Notes: generated from the letters alone by a model not told the origin. DNA of 64,000 nt from Desulfatiglandales bacterium (GCA_963662465.1 OY759599.1:5920001-5984000), one strand, 5' to 3'. Counted from the stretch's first letter, positions 31,002-40,655 are shown. Numbers and translations: made by a program.

Positions 31002-31863
31002 TATTCATTTGCTGGAGTTGCGTTACGCTCATTGCCGGATAATGAATCACCAGGCTTTAAAGCGATTGAGGGATTCCATCGAAACTTACGGGCAGATCGT
31101 TCCGGCCCTGGCTATTGAAGAAAAAGACAAACTGATTCTGATTGATGGCTACCTGCGTGTTCGAGCGCTTTGTGCTTGTGGAAAGGACCGGATATGTGTC
31201 CAATTCTCAAAAGAAAACGAACAAAATGCCATGTTTTCGCTTTTAACCAAGGCCAATGAACGGCAATGGGAAGTCATTGAGCAGTCTGTTTTACTTCAGG
31301 AATTACATCGGCGTTTTGGGTGCAGCCTCTCCCATATTGCAACCCGAATAGGGCGCGACAAGAGTTTTGTAAAACGGCGGCTGGACCTGGTTGAAGCCCT
31401 GCCGGAAAATATTTTGAGAACCGTGATTGCAGGCTCACTTTCAACCTGGGCTGCCAGCCGTGTCATGGCGCCGTTGGCGCGCGCCAACGGTGAAGACGCA
31501 CAAAAACTGTTGGCCCACCTGGAAAAAGAACCTCTATCCACAAGGGAACTGGCCCGTTTCTACGCACATTACCAGAAAAGCAACCGGTCTGTTCGAGACC
31601 ACATGCTGGAAAATCCATCCCTTTTCATAAAAGTTCTCGAACAAAGAACCCAGTCTAAACAAGCCAAAGAAGTTCATGATGGACCGGAAGGCAAATGGTT
31701 CAAGGATATTGAAATGGCATATGCGGTTCTCAAACGTCTGGTGAAAACCGTTTCGCATGTCCATTACCCAAAAAGCGATCAGTTGAAGAAACAAACGCTC
31801 AAAACCTGGGTGAAAAAGATAGAAAAACAAGCACTGGAACTCAAGAAAGCGACCCAATTATGA
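30979..31863 (+). CDS. ParB/Srx N-terminal domain protein with HTH (element A orf3)
   Basis: LRDSIETYGQIVP..LIDGYLRVRAL ParB-like box; SLSHIATRIGRDKSFVKRRL HTH. Confidence 0.85.
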   Translation: MESIRTVDIHLLELRYAHCRIMNHQALKRLRDSIETYGQIVPALAIEEKDKLILIDGYLRVRALCACGKDRICVQFSKENEQNAMFSLLTKANERQWEVIEQSVLLQELHRRFGCSLSHIATRIGRDKSFVKRRLDLVEALPENILRTVIAGSLSTWAASRVMAPLARANGEDAQKLLAHLEKEPLSTRELARFYAHYQKSNRSVRDHMLENPSLFIKVLEQRTQSKQAKEVHDGPEGKWFKDIEMAYAVLKRLVKTVSHVHYPKSDQLKKQTLKTWVKKIEKQALELKKATQL

Positions 31864-33242
31864 TCCGACAATCCAAAAAAGATGCCATTGTGGAATTGAA
31901 AAAAACCGGCATGAGTTTGCGCGACATCGCCAAAACCCTGAAGGCCGGTCGCAATACCGTCACGAAGGTTTTAGATGATCATGACGAAGAGGCGGTACCC
32001 CAAAGGAACTCCCGGTATGAAGAACATGTCCCGTTGATCCGCGAGCTTTTCAAGGAATGTAAAGGAAATGCCGTGCGAGTAGCCGAGGAACTGGAAAGCC
32101 GCCAACAGATCAAAATCCCTTATCAGAGTCTGACCTGGATTATGAGAAAGTACGAGATCCGGGAACGTAAAAAAAGACGGGCGGGCCAATACCATTTTAA
32201 ACCCGGTCAGGAGATGCAGCATGATACGTCACCCCATCTGGTTGTCATTAATGGGAAAAAAATGTCGACCCAGTGCGCGTCCCTGACCCTGGCCTTTTGC
32301 CGAAGGATTTTTATTCAGTATTACCCCTGTTTTACCCGGTTTGAGTGCAAGGTTTTCCTAAAAAAAGCATTCGAGTTTATGGACGGGGTGTGTTCCCGGT
32401 GCATGGTTGACAACACCAATGTTATTGTGGCCGGCGGCACCGGGCCTGATGCATTGATTGCGCCTGAAATGAAATACTTCGGCGATATGTATGGAACCCG
32501 GTTTGAGGCCCATGCTGTAGGAGACGCCAATCGAAGTGCCCGTGTGGAAAGGCCTTTTCATTTTGTGGAAAACAATTTTCTTCCCGGTAGAACATTTGTT
32601 AGCTGGCAGGATTTGAACCGGCAGGCAATCGACTGGTGCCGGAATACAAGCGATAAAAAGTTTAAACGGGCTTTAGGGATGACGCCGGATGAGGCCTATG
32701 TCATTGAAAAGCCATATCTCATTGATTTACCGGCATACCAGCCGCCAGTCTATGTGGCAGAACACAGGGTAGCCGATGTTCAGGGATATGTGCACTTGGA
32801 CACCAACCGCTATTCAGTCCCTGAAGCGCTGATTGGGAACTCCCTGGAAGTACAGAAACATTGGCTCAAGGTCATCGTTTACGACAAAAACACAAAAGTG
32901 GCGGAACATGACCGCATACTGGATAAACGCAACACCCGAACAACCCTGCCCGGTCACCATGTTCCCATTCGAAGAAAAAAAGATCCCCGAATCCCTTCAA
33001 AAGAAGAACAGCTGTTGACGGGAGAGGATGCCATCCTGGATGAGTATGTGGCTGAACTGAAGAAAAGAAGTCACGGTCGCGGTGTGGTCAAGTTACGTCG
33101 GTTGCTTCATCTGAAACGCACTTATCCCGGGGAACCTTTTTTGAAAGCCATAACACAGGCGCTTAAATATGGACTTTTTGATTTGTCGCGTCTGGAAAAC
33201 ATTATTCTCGATTATATCGCGGGAGACTTTTTTGATCTATGA
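31860..33242 (+). CDS. istA: IS21-family transposase
   Basis: N-terminal HTH; DDE triad MQHDTS / MVDNT / ARVER; NRYSVP; ATGA overlap with istB. Confidence 0.93.
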   Translation: MIRQSKKDAIVELKKTGMSLRDIAKTLKAGRNTVTKVLDDHDEEAVPQRNSRYEEHVPLIRELFKECKGNAVRVAEELESRQQIKIPYQSLTWIMRKYEIRERKKRRAGQYHFKPGQEMQHDTSPHLVVINGKKMSTQCASLTLAFCRRIFIQYYPCFTRFECKVFLKKAFEFMDGVCSRCMVDNTNVIVAGGTGPDALIAPEMKYFGDMYGTRFEAHAVGDANRSARVERPFHFVENNFLPGRTFVSWQDLNRQAIDWCRNTSDKKFKRALGMTPDEAYVIEKPYLIDLPAYQPPVYVAEHRVADVQGYVHLDTNRYSVPEALIGNSLEVQKHWLKVIVYDKNTKVAEHDRILDKRNTRTTLPGHHVPIRRKKDPRIPSKEEQLLTGEDAILDEYVAELKKRSHGRGVVKLRRLLHLKRTYPGEPFLKAITQALKYGLFDLSRLENIILDYIAGDFFDL

Positions 33243-33958
33243 AAAAGAAAATTGAACAGTTACTCATTGATTTGAAGTTTAAAGGCATGCTGAAGGCTCT
33301 CGAAGAACAGTTGGCTTCGGCTGAAAAGAACGGTTTTTCCATTCACGAGGTCATCTACAATCTCCTGGCTGAGGAATTACGTTTCCGGCAGGAGCGCAGC
33401 ATGATCTATCGGGTCCAGATTGCAAAGCTTCCATGGGAATGGACCCTCAACTCCTTTCCGTTTGATCTTCAGCCGGGAATACAGAAGAGCCGGATCATGA
33501 CGTTGTCCGGCCTTGACTTTATCAGCCGAAGAGAAAACATCGTGTTCCATGGAAAAACCGGCGTCGGCAAAACGGGATTGGCCGTGGGGATCCTTCGTCA
33601 AGCCATTATTGCCGGGTACCGGGGGCGTTTTTATAATGTTCAGGATTTGCTGGATCAGCTCTATGCGTCTTTGGCAGATCGGTCCACCCCGAAACTCCTC
33701 AATGCCCTTTGCAGATATGACCTGCTTCTGCTCGATGAACTGGGATACCTGACCCTCAAAAAAGAGCAGATGAACGCCTTTTTTAAACTCATGAAAGATC
33801 GCTATGAAGCCGGTCGGTCCACAATTATTACGACCAATCTTCAACCTGAACAATGGTATTCGCTGCTTGAACCAAAGGACATGGTCGATGCCTTGCTGGA
33901 TCGTCTCAACCATCGCTGCATCAACATTCATATTGATGGTCCTTCCCTCAGAAAATGA
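33239..33958 (+). CDS. istB: IS21-family AAA+ helper ATPase
   Basis: GKTGVGKT, LLLDELGY, STIITTN, ALLDRL and GPSLR motifs. Confidence 0.95.
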   Translation: MKKKIEQLLIDLKFKGMLKALEEQLASAEKNGFSIHEVIYNLLAEELRFRQERSMIYRVQIAKLPWEWTLNSFPFDLQPGIQKSRIMTLSGLDFISRRENIVFHGKTGVGKTGLAVGILRQAIIAGYRGRFYNVQDLLDQLYASLADRSTPKLLNALCRYDLLLLDELGYLTLKKEQMNAFFKLMKDRYEAGRSTIITTNLQPEQWYSLLEPKDMVDALLDRLNHRCINIHIDGPSLRK

Positions 33959-34056
33959 GATGTTCGCCAAAGGGCCGGTTTTGAGGTCTGAATATCACCG
34001 GTCTGTTTGAATCTCGTTACACGAATATCAGAAATTACCTTGTCTTGGAGCTTGAA

Positions 34057-34254
34057 ATGAGAGGTGGAAAACGGGTAGGCGCCGGCCGAAGAAAGAAACC
34101 GGAACATTTGAGACGTGAACTGCTCACCATTCGTCTCCCCAAATGGATGATTCTACAGCTGAAAAAAAACGGGGAAATTGGATATTTGATTGAGGATCAA
34201 TTGGCGAAGGGAGGCCTCCTGAATTTACCGGACGACTATGACATAGACAAATAG
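34057..34254 (+). CDS. Small AT-hook/RHH-like DNA-binding protein (element A orf6)
   Basis: GGAG RBS; MRGGKRVGAGRRKK followed by LLTIRLPKWMI; homologue in element B. Confidence 0.75.
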   Translation: MRGGKRVGAGRRKKPEHLRRELLTIRLPKWMILQLKKNGEIGYLIEDQLAKGGLLNLPDDYDIDK

Positions 34255-35127
34255 TTCCTCAATAAGCATTGCCCTTAACCGAAAAATCTAATCCCCTCTT
34301 CTCTGCCATCACCATATTGATGGTATCCTCATCACTGATTCTTCAACCAGAACGCTACGTGTCTCACCAGCATTTTTAAAATACCATCTGATATACTCTT
34401 TCATGCAACCTCTAACAAATTTACAAGAAAACCCTTCTAAAAGGAAAAGACCAGTGCGCAATATCTGGTTCCGTTTGGAGTAGCAAAACTGGTTCCATTT
34501 TGGTTAGCGCCCAAGCCCACCGGCGCCATGGCGGCCATGTATGACAAAGAGAGACCTTCCAGAAAGCAGCCCTAGCAGCCAGCACTGAAGGGCGAGCGTT
34601 TGTGGGGTTGGGAACAGACTTCCGTATGGAATCCAAAAAAGTCACCGGCTTTGCCTTGGCCCTTGATGATCGGCTTTTCCACATCTCCATTTTTGCCAAG
34701 GCGGACAGCCAAAGCCGAGATACAGCTGATTCAAAAATTGAGAGGTTTTCGAGAAGAAGACGGAATCGAAGAGCATAGGGAAAATGGTTCAGCAAATAAG
34801 CGCGGAATAAGAAAGCTGGATTCCGGAATCAATGGGAAAGTAGTCAACAAAAAGCCCGAATAGCGGTCTTTGTATCAGTTTTACATTGACTTATACAGTA
34901 GCTGGGTGTAGGCAACATTATAAAGAATTCGTGAGCCAAATTTCTTCTTTGATTCAATGAAAAAAAGAGGATTAAGGATGGTTTATATCGAGCCAAGAGC
35001 CCCGTTACTCCCGAACAGATGGAGAGCGGGGTTTTGTATTTTGTGGGATGGGAAGAATTGTTGGGTATAGATCAGGTTTTCAGGGCTGGGGAGACCCAGG
35101 CTTGGCTACCAAACAAAAGGGAATTGA

Positions 35128-35970
35128 ATGGACGAGATAGAAAGGTTCATTGAGCTGCCGGCAGACGACAAAAACCGACATATTCGGGCCCTGGGAATAG
35201 ATTTGGGTGCCACGAATTCAACTGTTTCAGAGGTGGTTTGGGGTCCTGGAAAACCCCCTTTGTGCAATGTCCTCGAATTAAAACAACCCACCCAGGCCGG
35301 TGAATATACAAGCCCCTTGGTTCCTTCGGTTCTTGTTGAACTCCCAGATAAAGAAGTCTGGATTGGTGAAGGCGCCAAACGTTTGCGTGCGTTCTTACAG
35401 AAAGCAAACCTGTTCCATGAGAAAAACCTGTTTTATGAAACCAAGAGCGACATGGGGCTTCGGAAAACATATTTTCGCGCGCCTGAACGCTTTAACCATG
35501 CCTCTAAAATTGCGGGCGCTATCCTTACCTTTCTAAAAGAGAGCGCAGAGAGCGCTTCCAACAGCAGCTACAACCATATTTCGGTCACGGTTCCCGCATC
35601 GTTCCAGTTAAATCAGCGACAAGATACTTTACTGGCCTGCCAATACGCAGGGCTGGAGTTACAAGATGATGATTTGTTGGATGAGCCGACAGCCGCTCTT
35701 ATCGATTACATCATCATCAAAGGTAATGAAAGCGTGGTTCGTTCAGGCGAAACGAGCCAATGTGTTGTCTTCGATTTTGGTGGAGGCACATGTGATGTAT
35801 CGGTCGTGGAAATTACAGGTGATCTGAACAGCTGAAAAATCATGATGAGTGAGCTGTCCGTATCCCGTTACCATCGACTCGGTGGCGGGGACATCGATGT
35901 TGCCATTGTCCATGAAATTCTGATTCCGAGCCTTTTAAAAGAGAATAATTTCTCGCCTCTCACTCCATAA
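35128..35970 (+). pseudogene. Truncated Hsp70-like (actin-fold ATPase) gene
   Basis: LGIDLGATNS, VTVPASF, DEPTAA, FDFGGGTCDVS; in-frame TGA at 35833; the frame continues through LGGGDID and stops at 35970. Confidence 0.8.
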
Positions 35971-36157
35971 TAGGATTTATCCATGAGGCGGAAAAGAACG
36001 GACATTTGACGCTGCAACACACTTACGATTTCAATCAAAAAAGCGCGGAAATGCCCCAGAGTCAGGATTCGGAAGATGAGTTTTCTTTATTGTAAGTAAA
36101 TTAAAACTGTTCTACTTAACACCAGGAGAATCAATTCACGCAAACATTTCATTGATA

Positions 36158-36637
36158 ATGGAAATTCAAGAACAGATACTGACAAACATTCAGGATGCTA
36201 AGCATCTCTACCAGAAGCTGATTCTTCTGGTCGGCAAATCCGGTTCCGGTAAGACGGGAATTCTCAAAAAATTTTCCAGCGAGTTTGCTGTCCCCATGAT
36301 CAATGTGAATCTGGAAATGTCTTCCCGTCTTCTGGATATACCCTTGGGGAAGCGAGCATCTAACTTATCCAGGCTGTTTTCAAGCCTCTTTAGCGATACC
36401 GGGAGCGATATGGTGCTCCTGGACAACATGGAGATTCTTTTTGATAAATCTCTTCAGCAAAACCCCCTGTCTCTCCTTCAGAACAATGCAAAGAACCGGG
36501 TCGTAATCGCTGCATGGAATGGAGCCATAGAGAACAGGCGCTTAACCTACGCAAGGCCGGAACACCATGAATTTCAGGCCTACCCGATCGAAGAAGTGGG
36601 TATCACAATCGAACTCAACCCATCGCCGGATGAATAA
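36158..36637 (+). CDS. brxF: BREX type 3 P-loop protein
   Basis: ~160 aa; LVGKSGSGKT, VLLDNMEILFD..L..NPL..L, LTYA.P.H.E; first gene ahead of brxC-pglXI-helicase-pglZ. Confidence 0.85.
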   Translation: MEIQEQILTNIQDAKHLYQKLILLVGKSGSGKTGILKKFSSEFAVPMINVNLEMSSRLLDIPLGKRASNLSRLFSSLFSDTGSDMVLLDNMEILFDKSLQQNPLSLLQNNAKNRVVIAAWNGAIENRRLTYARPEHHEFQAYPIEEVGITIELNPSPDE

Positions 36638-37385
36638 TCCGATCCTGGCTGAAACGGAGGCAACATCATGTATTACCATGAACTCATTCAGTTCGACCCC
36701 ATTGAAACTACCGTCCAGCTCATTGAATCGGATGATAAGGCAAAGGCCCAAGAATTGGTTTCAACGTTTGTTATCTCCGATGACATGGCCCTGAACATTA
36801 CGAAGATCGCTTTTGAACAGCTTCAATTTGATCACCCCATGGATAACAAGGGGCTTTTAATCGTTGGAAACTATGGTACTGGAAAATCCCATCTGATGTC
36901 CGTCATCTCCAGCATTGCGGAATATGAGGACATGGTCGAAAACGTCAAGAATGAATTGGTCGGAAAAGAGGCCCGGAAAATTGCAGGCAAATTCAAGGTG
37001 ATTCGGATTGAAATCGGGTCCAGCACCATGGATTTCAGGGAGATGATCTGTTCTGAGTTAAGCGATGGTCTTGCGAAATGGGGTATTGAATACCGCTTTC
37101 CGAATAGAGATAAAATCACTAATCACAAACAGGCTTTTGAAGAAATGATGGCGGTGTTTCAATCCGTTTATCCTGAAAAAGGTTTACTGCTGGTGCTTGA
37201 CGAATTGCTTGACTATCTCCGTCCCCGGGCGGCCACCCAAAATCCCCCACCTGTGGCCACTTGAAAATCCCCCACCTAAAGAGGTTCAAAATGTAGATTT
37301 TTGATCTTCGGCTCAATTCACAAAATGGTGACAGGACGTTATACCATCTCCCAATGCAATTTAATTGAATTGGGAGGAAGAAAGG

Positions 37386-40070
37386 ATGAACGTTTTGAAG
37401 CCGGACAAGAAATCTACCATCATTACCCTACTTAAAAATGGCGTTGGTCAGCGTGAAGTACATCGTAAGACCAATATTGACAGGAAAACGATCCGAAAAT
37501 ACGCAAAAGAAAGTGGCTTTTTACCCGAAGATTCCGACTTAAATTCAAGATCCCCCACCCTGGCCACCGGGGCTGATTGCATCATCAGTGAAAATCCCCC
37601 ACCCCGGCCACCGGTAAACAGCACATTCAAGGGAGAAAAACGGGCGATTCCACTCCATGCCAGATCAGCATGTGAGCCTCACCGAGAATGGATTGAAAAG
37701 CAGGTGAAGCTCGGGAGGAATGCCGTAGCGATTTACCAAGATTTGGTCGAGCGATTTGCCTTTACCCACAAATACAACAGCGTAAAGCGGTTTGTAAGGG
37801 GACTGAGAAAAGAGGACCCCAAGCAATTCGATCGATTGGAGTTTTTACCAGGGGAAGAGGCTCAGGTAGACTATGGCACGGGAGCCAAAACGCTTCATTC
37901 GACAGGGAAATACCGTAAAACTCGTCTCTTTATAATGACGTTGAAATACTCCAGGCGCTCATTCCGGAAAGTAGTTTGGCAATCAAGCAAAGAAACATGG
38001 GCAAAACTTCATGAGGAGTCATTTCGATATTTCGGAGGTTGCCCCCAATATGTGGTTCTGGACAATTTGAAAGAGGGCGTCATCAAACCGGATCTTTACG
38101 AACCTGAATTGAACACCGTCTATGCGGCCATGCTGGAGCATTACGGGGTTGTTGCAGATCCGGCAAGAGTTAGAGACCCAAACCGGAAAGGGACTGTTGA
38201 AAATGCCGTACAGCATACCCAAGACACAGCTTTAAAAGGTCGCACATTTGAATCGATTGAACGACAGAATGAATGGCTTATGCACTGGGAGGAACAATGG
38301 GCTGCTCAGCGGATACACGGGAGAACCAAGCGACAGGTTGAAGAAATGTTTCAAGAAGAAAAACCGTACCTTAAACAACTTCCCTTAACTGCATTCAGCT
38401 ATTTCAGCCAAGAAATCCGTACGGTCTGGGATGACGGCGCCATTCAGGTGGGGAAATCCTATTATTCAGCCTTGCCGGCGCCCCTTTATACAAAGGTTAT
38501 TGTCAGGATTTATGACAGAGAGATTGAGATTATCAATCCTGTAACAATGGAGATTTTCCGCAGGCACGCCAAGAACAGCAGGCCGGGATCTGTCAATATA
38601 CCGCCGGAAGATAGGATTTTTAATCCTTCACGTCAAACAACGTATCTCTTTGCCAAAGCAGAGAGCATTGGTCCCGCAACTTTAAAATTATGCAAGGTCT
38701 TGTTTGAGGAAGAAGGCAGAACCGGTCAAAGACGAATACAGGGGATTGTCAACCTGGTCCGACATTATGAGGCCCGTTACGTGGAACAGGCCTGCATCAA
38801 AGCCAATAATGTGGGGCTGCGCAATTACAAATCCATCCGCAACCTTGTCAAAACGTTAGCCGAAAAAAACCAGGAAGAAAAGGATTCTGAGGGGCTGATT
38901 CAGGAACATAAATTAATACGCCCTCCGGAAGATTATGCTGCATTCTGGGAGCAGCACGCCGCACAGACACCGGTTTCGGAGGAAGGAGCAAACCGTTTTG
39001 TCATGCCCAAAGAGCAACTACCCGCAGTTTGGAAAAATGCAAGCTGGGAGAGAGTGATTGATGTTTTTGGCCTGGAAGTTGATGGAAACCGCCGCTGTAA
39101 GGCCAACGAGACATGGATCAAATCGCCTTTTACAGGCGAAAAAACTGCTTCGCTGCATTTGAACCTGACGGAGAATATCTTCAAGGATTTCAGCAGTGGC
39201 CTGGGGGCGAAAGTCGGTGTACTCAATTTCTGCCAGGATCTTTTAGCGCTGCGAGGCCAGGCAATGAATTGCTATGAAGTTGCCTCCTGGATGGTGGAAA
39301 ATGGAATTTCAAATTTGGATATACGTTCACGCGAGGTTAAAAACCATGTTCCTGAACTCAAAAAACCGAAAGAAAACAAACCGATTCAAGTGGATTTAAG
39401 GCGTTTTGTACAGCCGCAACATCCAGAATTAAAACATCGACAGGTTTCAGAGGCGACATGTCGCTATCTGGGATGTGGTTTTCTCCCGGAAAGGCCGAAT
39501 GGAAACAAACAGTCACCTCTCAATGGCCGGTTGGTGTTTCAAGTGCGGGGAATGTCCGGCGCTATACTGACACATGTCGGTCGTGCATTGACACTGCAGC
39601 AAGAAAAAACGAATGGGAAATACTGGAGCTTTCCGTTCTTCAAAAAACTGGAAATATACAACCAGGACAAACTGTTATCAGATGCTTCAGCAAAGGATCA
39701 AGTTCAGCGGCTTGGCTTGGTGCTGGTAGAAGGTTTTTTTGATGTGGCAGTTTTGGTCGAATCGGGTTGTTTGAACGTCGGAGCACTGATGGGGTCGCAC
39801 ATGACCGAACAACAGGCAGCCCGAATAAAGTTAATCAGCTCACACATTGAGATTCCCAAAATTACCGTTTTTTTGGACAGGGATGAAGCTGGGAGGATTG
39901 GCGCACAAAAAGCAGTTACTGTGCTGCGGAAAAATGGGTTTTCAGCCGAGGCCTTTGACTGGAACCAGACCCTTGGGTCGTCATTTGTGAAAATCCCAAT
40001 GGCCGTTATGGATCCAGGCGATATGTCGTTAAGGCAGCTAAAGTGGTTGAGAAAAAAGGGAAACATTTGA
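37386..40070 (+). CDS. istA: IstA transposase fused to a DnaG-type primase (ZBD-like, catalytic core and TOPRIM)
   Basis: AQVDYG / VVLDNLK / KGTVEN DDE triad; then SPFTGEKTAS..FKDFSSG, GRLVFQV..VGRAL, LVEGFFDV, ALMG, FLDRDEAG and DPGDM in one frame. Confidence 0.9.
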   Translation: MNVLKPDKKSTIITLLKNGVGQREVHRKTNIDRKTIRKYAKESGFLPEDSDLNSRSPTLATGADCIISENPPPRPPVNSTFKGEKRAIPLHARSACEPHREWIEKQVKLGRNAVAIYQDLVERFAFTHKYNSVKRFVRGLRKEDPKQFDRLEFLPGEEAQVDYGTGAKTLHSTGKYRKTRLFIMTLKYSRRSFRKVVWQSSKETWAKLHEESFRYFGGCPQYVVLDNLKEGVIKPDLYEPELNTVYAAMLEHYGVVADPARVRDPNRKGTVENAVQHTQDTALKGRTFESIERQNEWLMHWEEQWAAQRIHGRTKRQVEEMFQEEKPYLKQLPLTAFSYFSQEIRTVWDDGAIQVGKSYYSALPAPLYTKVIVRIYDREIEIINPVTMEIFRRHAKNSRPGSVNIPPEDRIFNPSRQTTYLFAKAESIGPATLKLCKVLFEEEGRTGQRRIQGIVNLVRHYEARYVEQACIKANNVGLRNYKSIRNLVKTLAEKNQEEKDSEGLIQEHKLIRPPEDYAAFWEQHAAQTPVSEEGANRFVMPKEQLPAVWKNASWERVIDVFGLEVDGNRRCKANETWIKSPFTGEKTASLHLNLTENIFKDFSSGLGAKVGVLNFCQDLLALRGQAMNCYEVASWMVENGISNLDIRSREVKNHVPELKKPKENKPIQVDLRRFVQPQHPELKHRQVSEATCRYLGCGFLPERPNGNKQSPLNGRLVFQVRGMSGAILTHVGRALTLQQEKTNGKYWSFPFFKKLEIYNQDKLLSDASAKDQVQRLGLVLVEGFFDVAVLVESGCLNVGALMGSHMTEQQAARIKLISSHIEIPKITVFLDRDEAGRIGAQKAVTVLRKNGFSAEAFDWNQTLGSSFVKIPMAVMDPGDMSLRQLKWLRKKGNI

Positions 40071-40127
40071 TTTCCATCGCCACGTTCTCGGTGGCGCGGA
40101 AATTTGTTTAACCTAAACGGCCATCCG

Positions 40128-40603
40128 AAGGAATCGGGCTTATGTATAAGCGAATATGGTCGGACTTTTTGAATCTCGTTACACGATAATCATAGGGCTT
40201 GATTGTTTTGGAGGTGAAAATGGGAGGCGGAAAACGTATGGGAGCCAGTCGAAAAAAGAAATCAGATCATTTGAGACGTGAACTGCTGACAATTCGATTG
40301 CCGAAGTGGATGATTTCACAGCTCAAAAACAAATGTGAAATTGGCTATTTGATCGAGGATCAATTAAGGAATCGGGCTTATGTATAGGCGAATATGGTCG
40401 GACTTTTTGAATCTCGTTACACGATAATCATAGGGCTTGATTGTTTTGGAGGTGAAAATGCGAGGCGGAAAACGTACGGGAGCCGGTCGAAAAAAGAAAT
40501 CAGATCATTTGAGACGTGAACTGCTGACAATTCGATTGCCGAAGTGGATGATTTCACAGCTCAAAAACAAATGTGAAATTGGCTATTTGATCGAGGATCA
40601 ATT
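40128..40603. repeat. 238-bp tandem duplication of the small-gene cassette
   Basis: AAGGAATCGGGCTTATGTATA at 40128 and 40366; about four substitutions between the copies. Confidence 0.95.
40220..40387 (+). pseudogene. C-terminally truncated duplicate of the small AT-hook/RHH-like gene
   Basis: MGGGKRMGASRKKK..EDQLRNRAYV; the GAGR motif is mutated and the tail is replaced. Confidence 0.7.
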
Positions 40604-40655
40604 GAGGAAGATAGATTTTTTGGATATCCCGGATGACTATGACATTGATAACTGA
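40458..40655 (+). CDS. Small AT-hook/RHH-like DNA-binding protein (element B)
   Basis: GGAGG RBS; 50/65 aa identical to 34057-34254 by manual alignment. Confidence 0.78.
   Translation: MRGGKRTGAGRKKKSDHLRRELLTIRLPKWMISQLKNKCEIGYLIEDQLRKIDFLDIPDDYDIDN

Larger units (their letters stand above)
29791..34515 (+). mobile_element. IS21-family element A, copy 1 (4725 bp, six ORFs)
   Basis: 7-bp TSD CCCACCG (29784-90, 34516-22); 50-bp terminal IRs (37/50 match) with doubled GCTA..GAACCA motif; istA-istB; second copy at 54616. Confidence 0.95.
29700..34779 (+). pseudogene. Remnant of an ARPP-1/DUF6569-like gene, interrupted by IS21 element A copy 1
   Basis: Removing the element gives ..GEFRSDQSAIWDGIAEKATRMSASSPT|GAMAAMYDKE..; after a frame change ..FVGLGTDFRMESKKVTGFALALDDRLFHISIF.. 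Confidence 0.55.

Noticed and set aside
35833..35835. In-frame TGA in the Hsp70-like gene as selenocysteine
   Set aside because: It is not at a Cys-type catalytic position and the gene is truncated 45 codons later, so a nonsense mutation is the simpler explanation.
38990..40070. Primase as the host dnaG or part of a prophage
   Set aside because: It lies inside IS ends, is fused to IstA, has no rpsU/rpoD context, and no phage genes are nearby.
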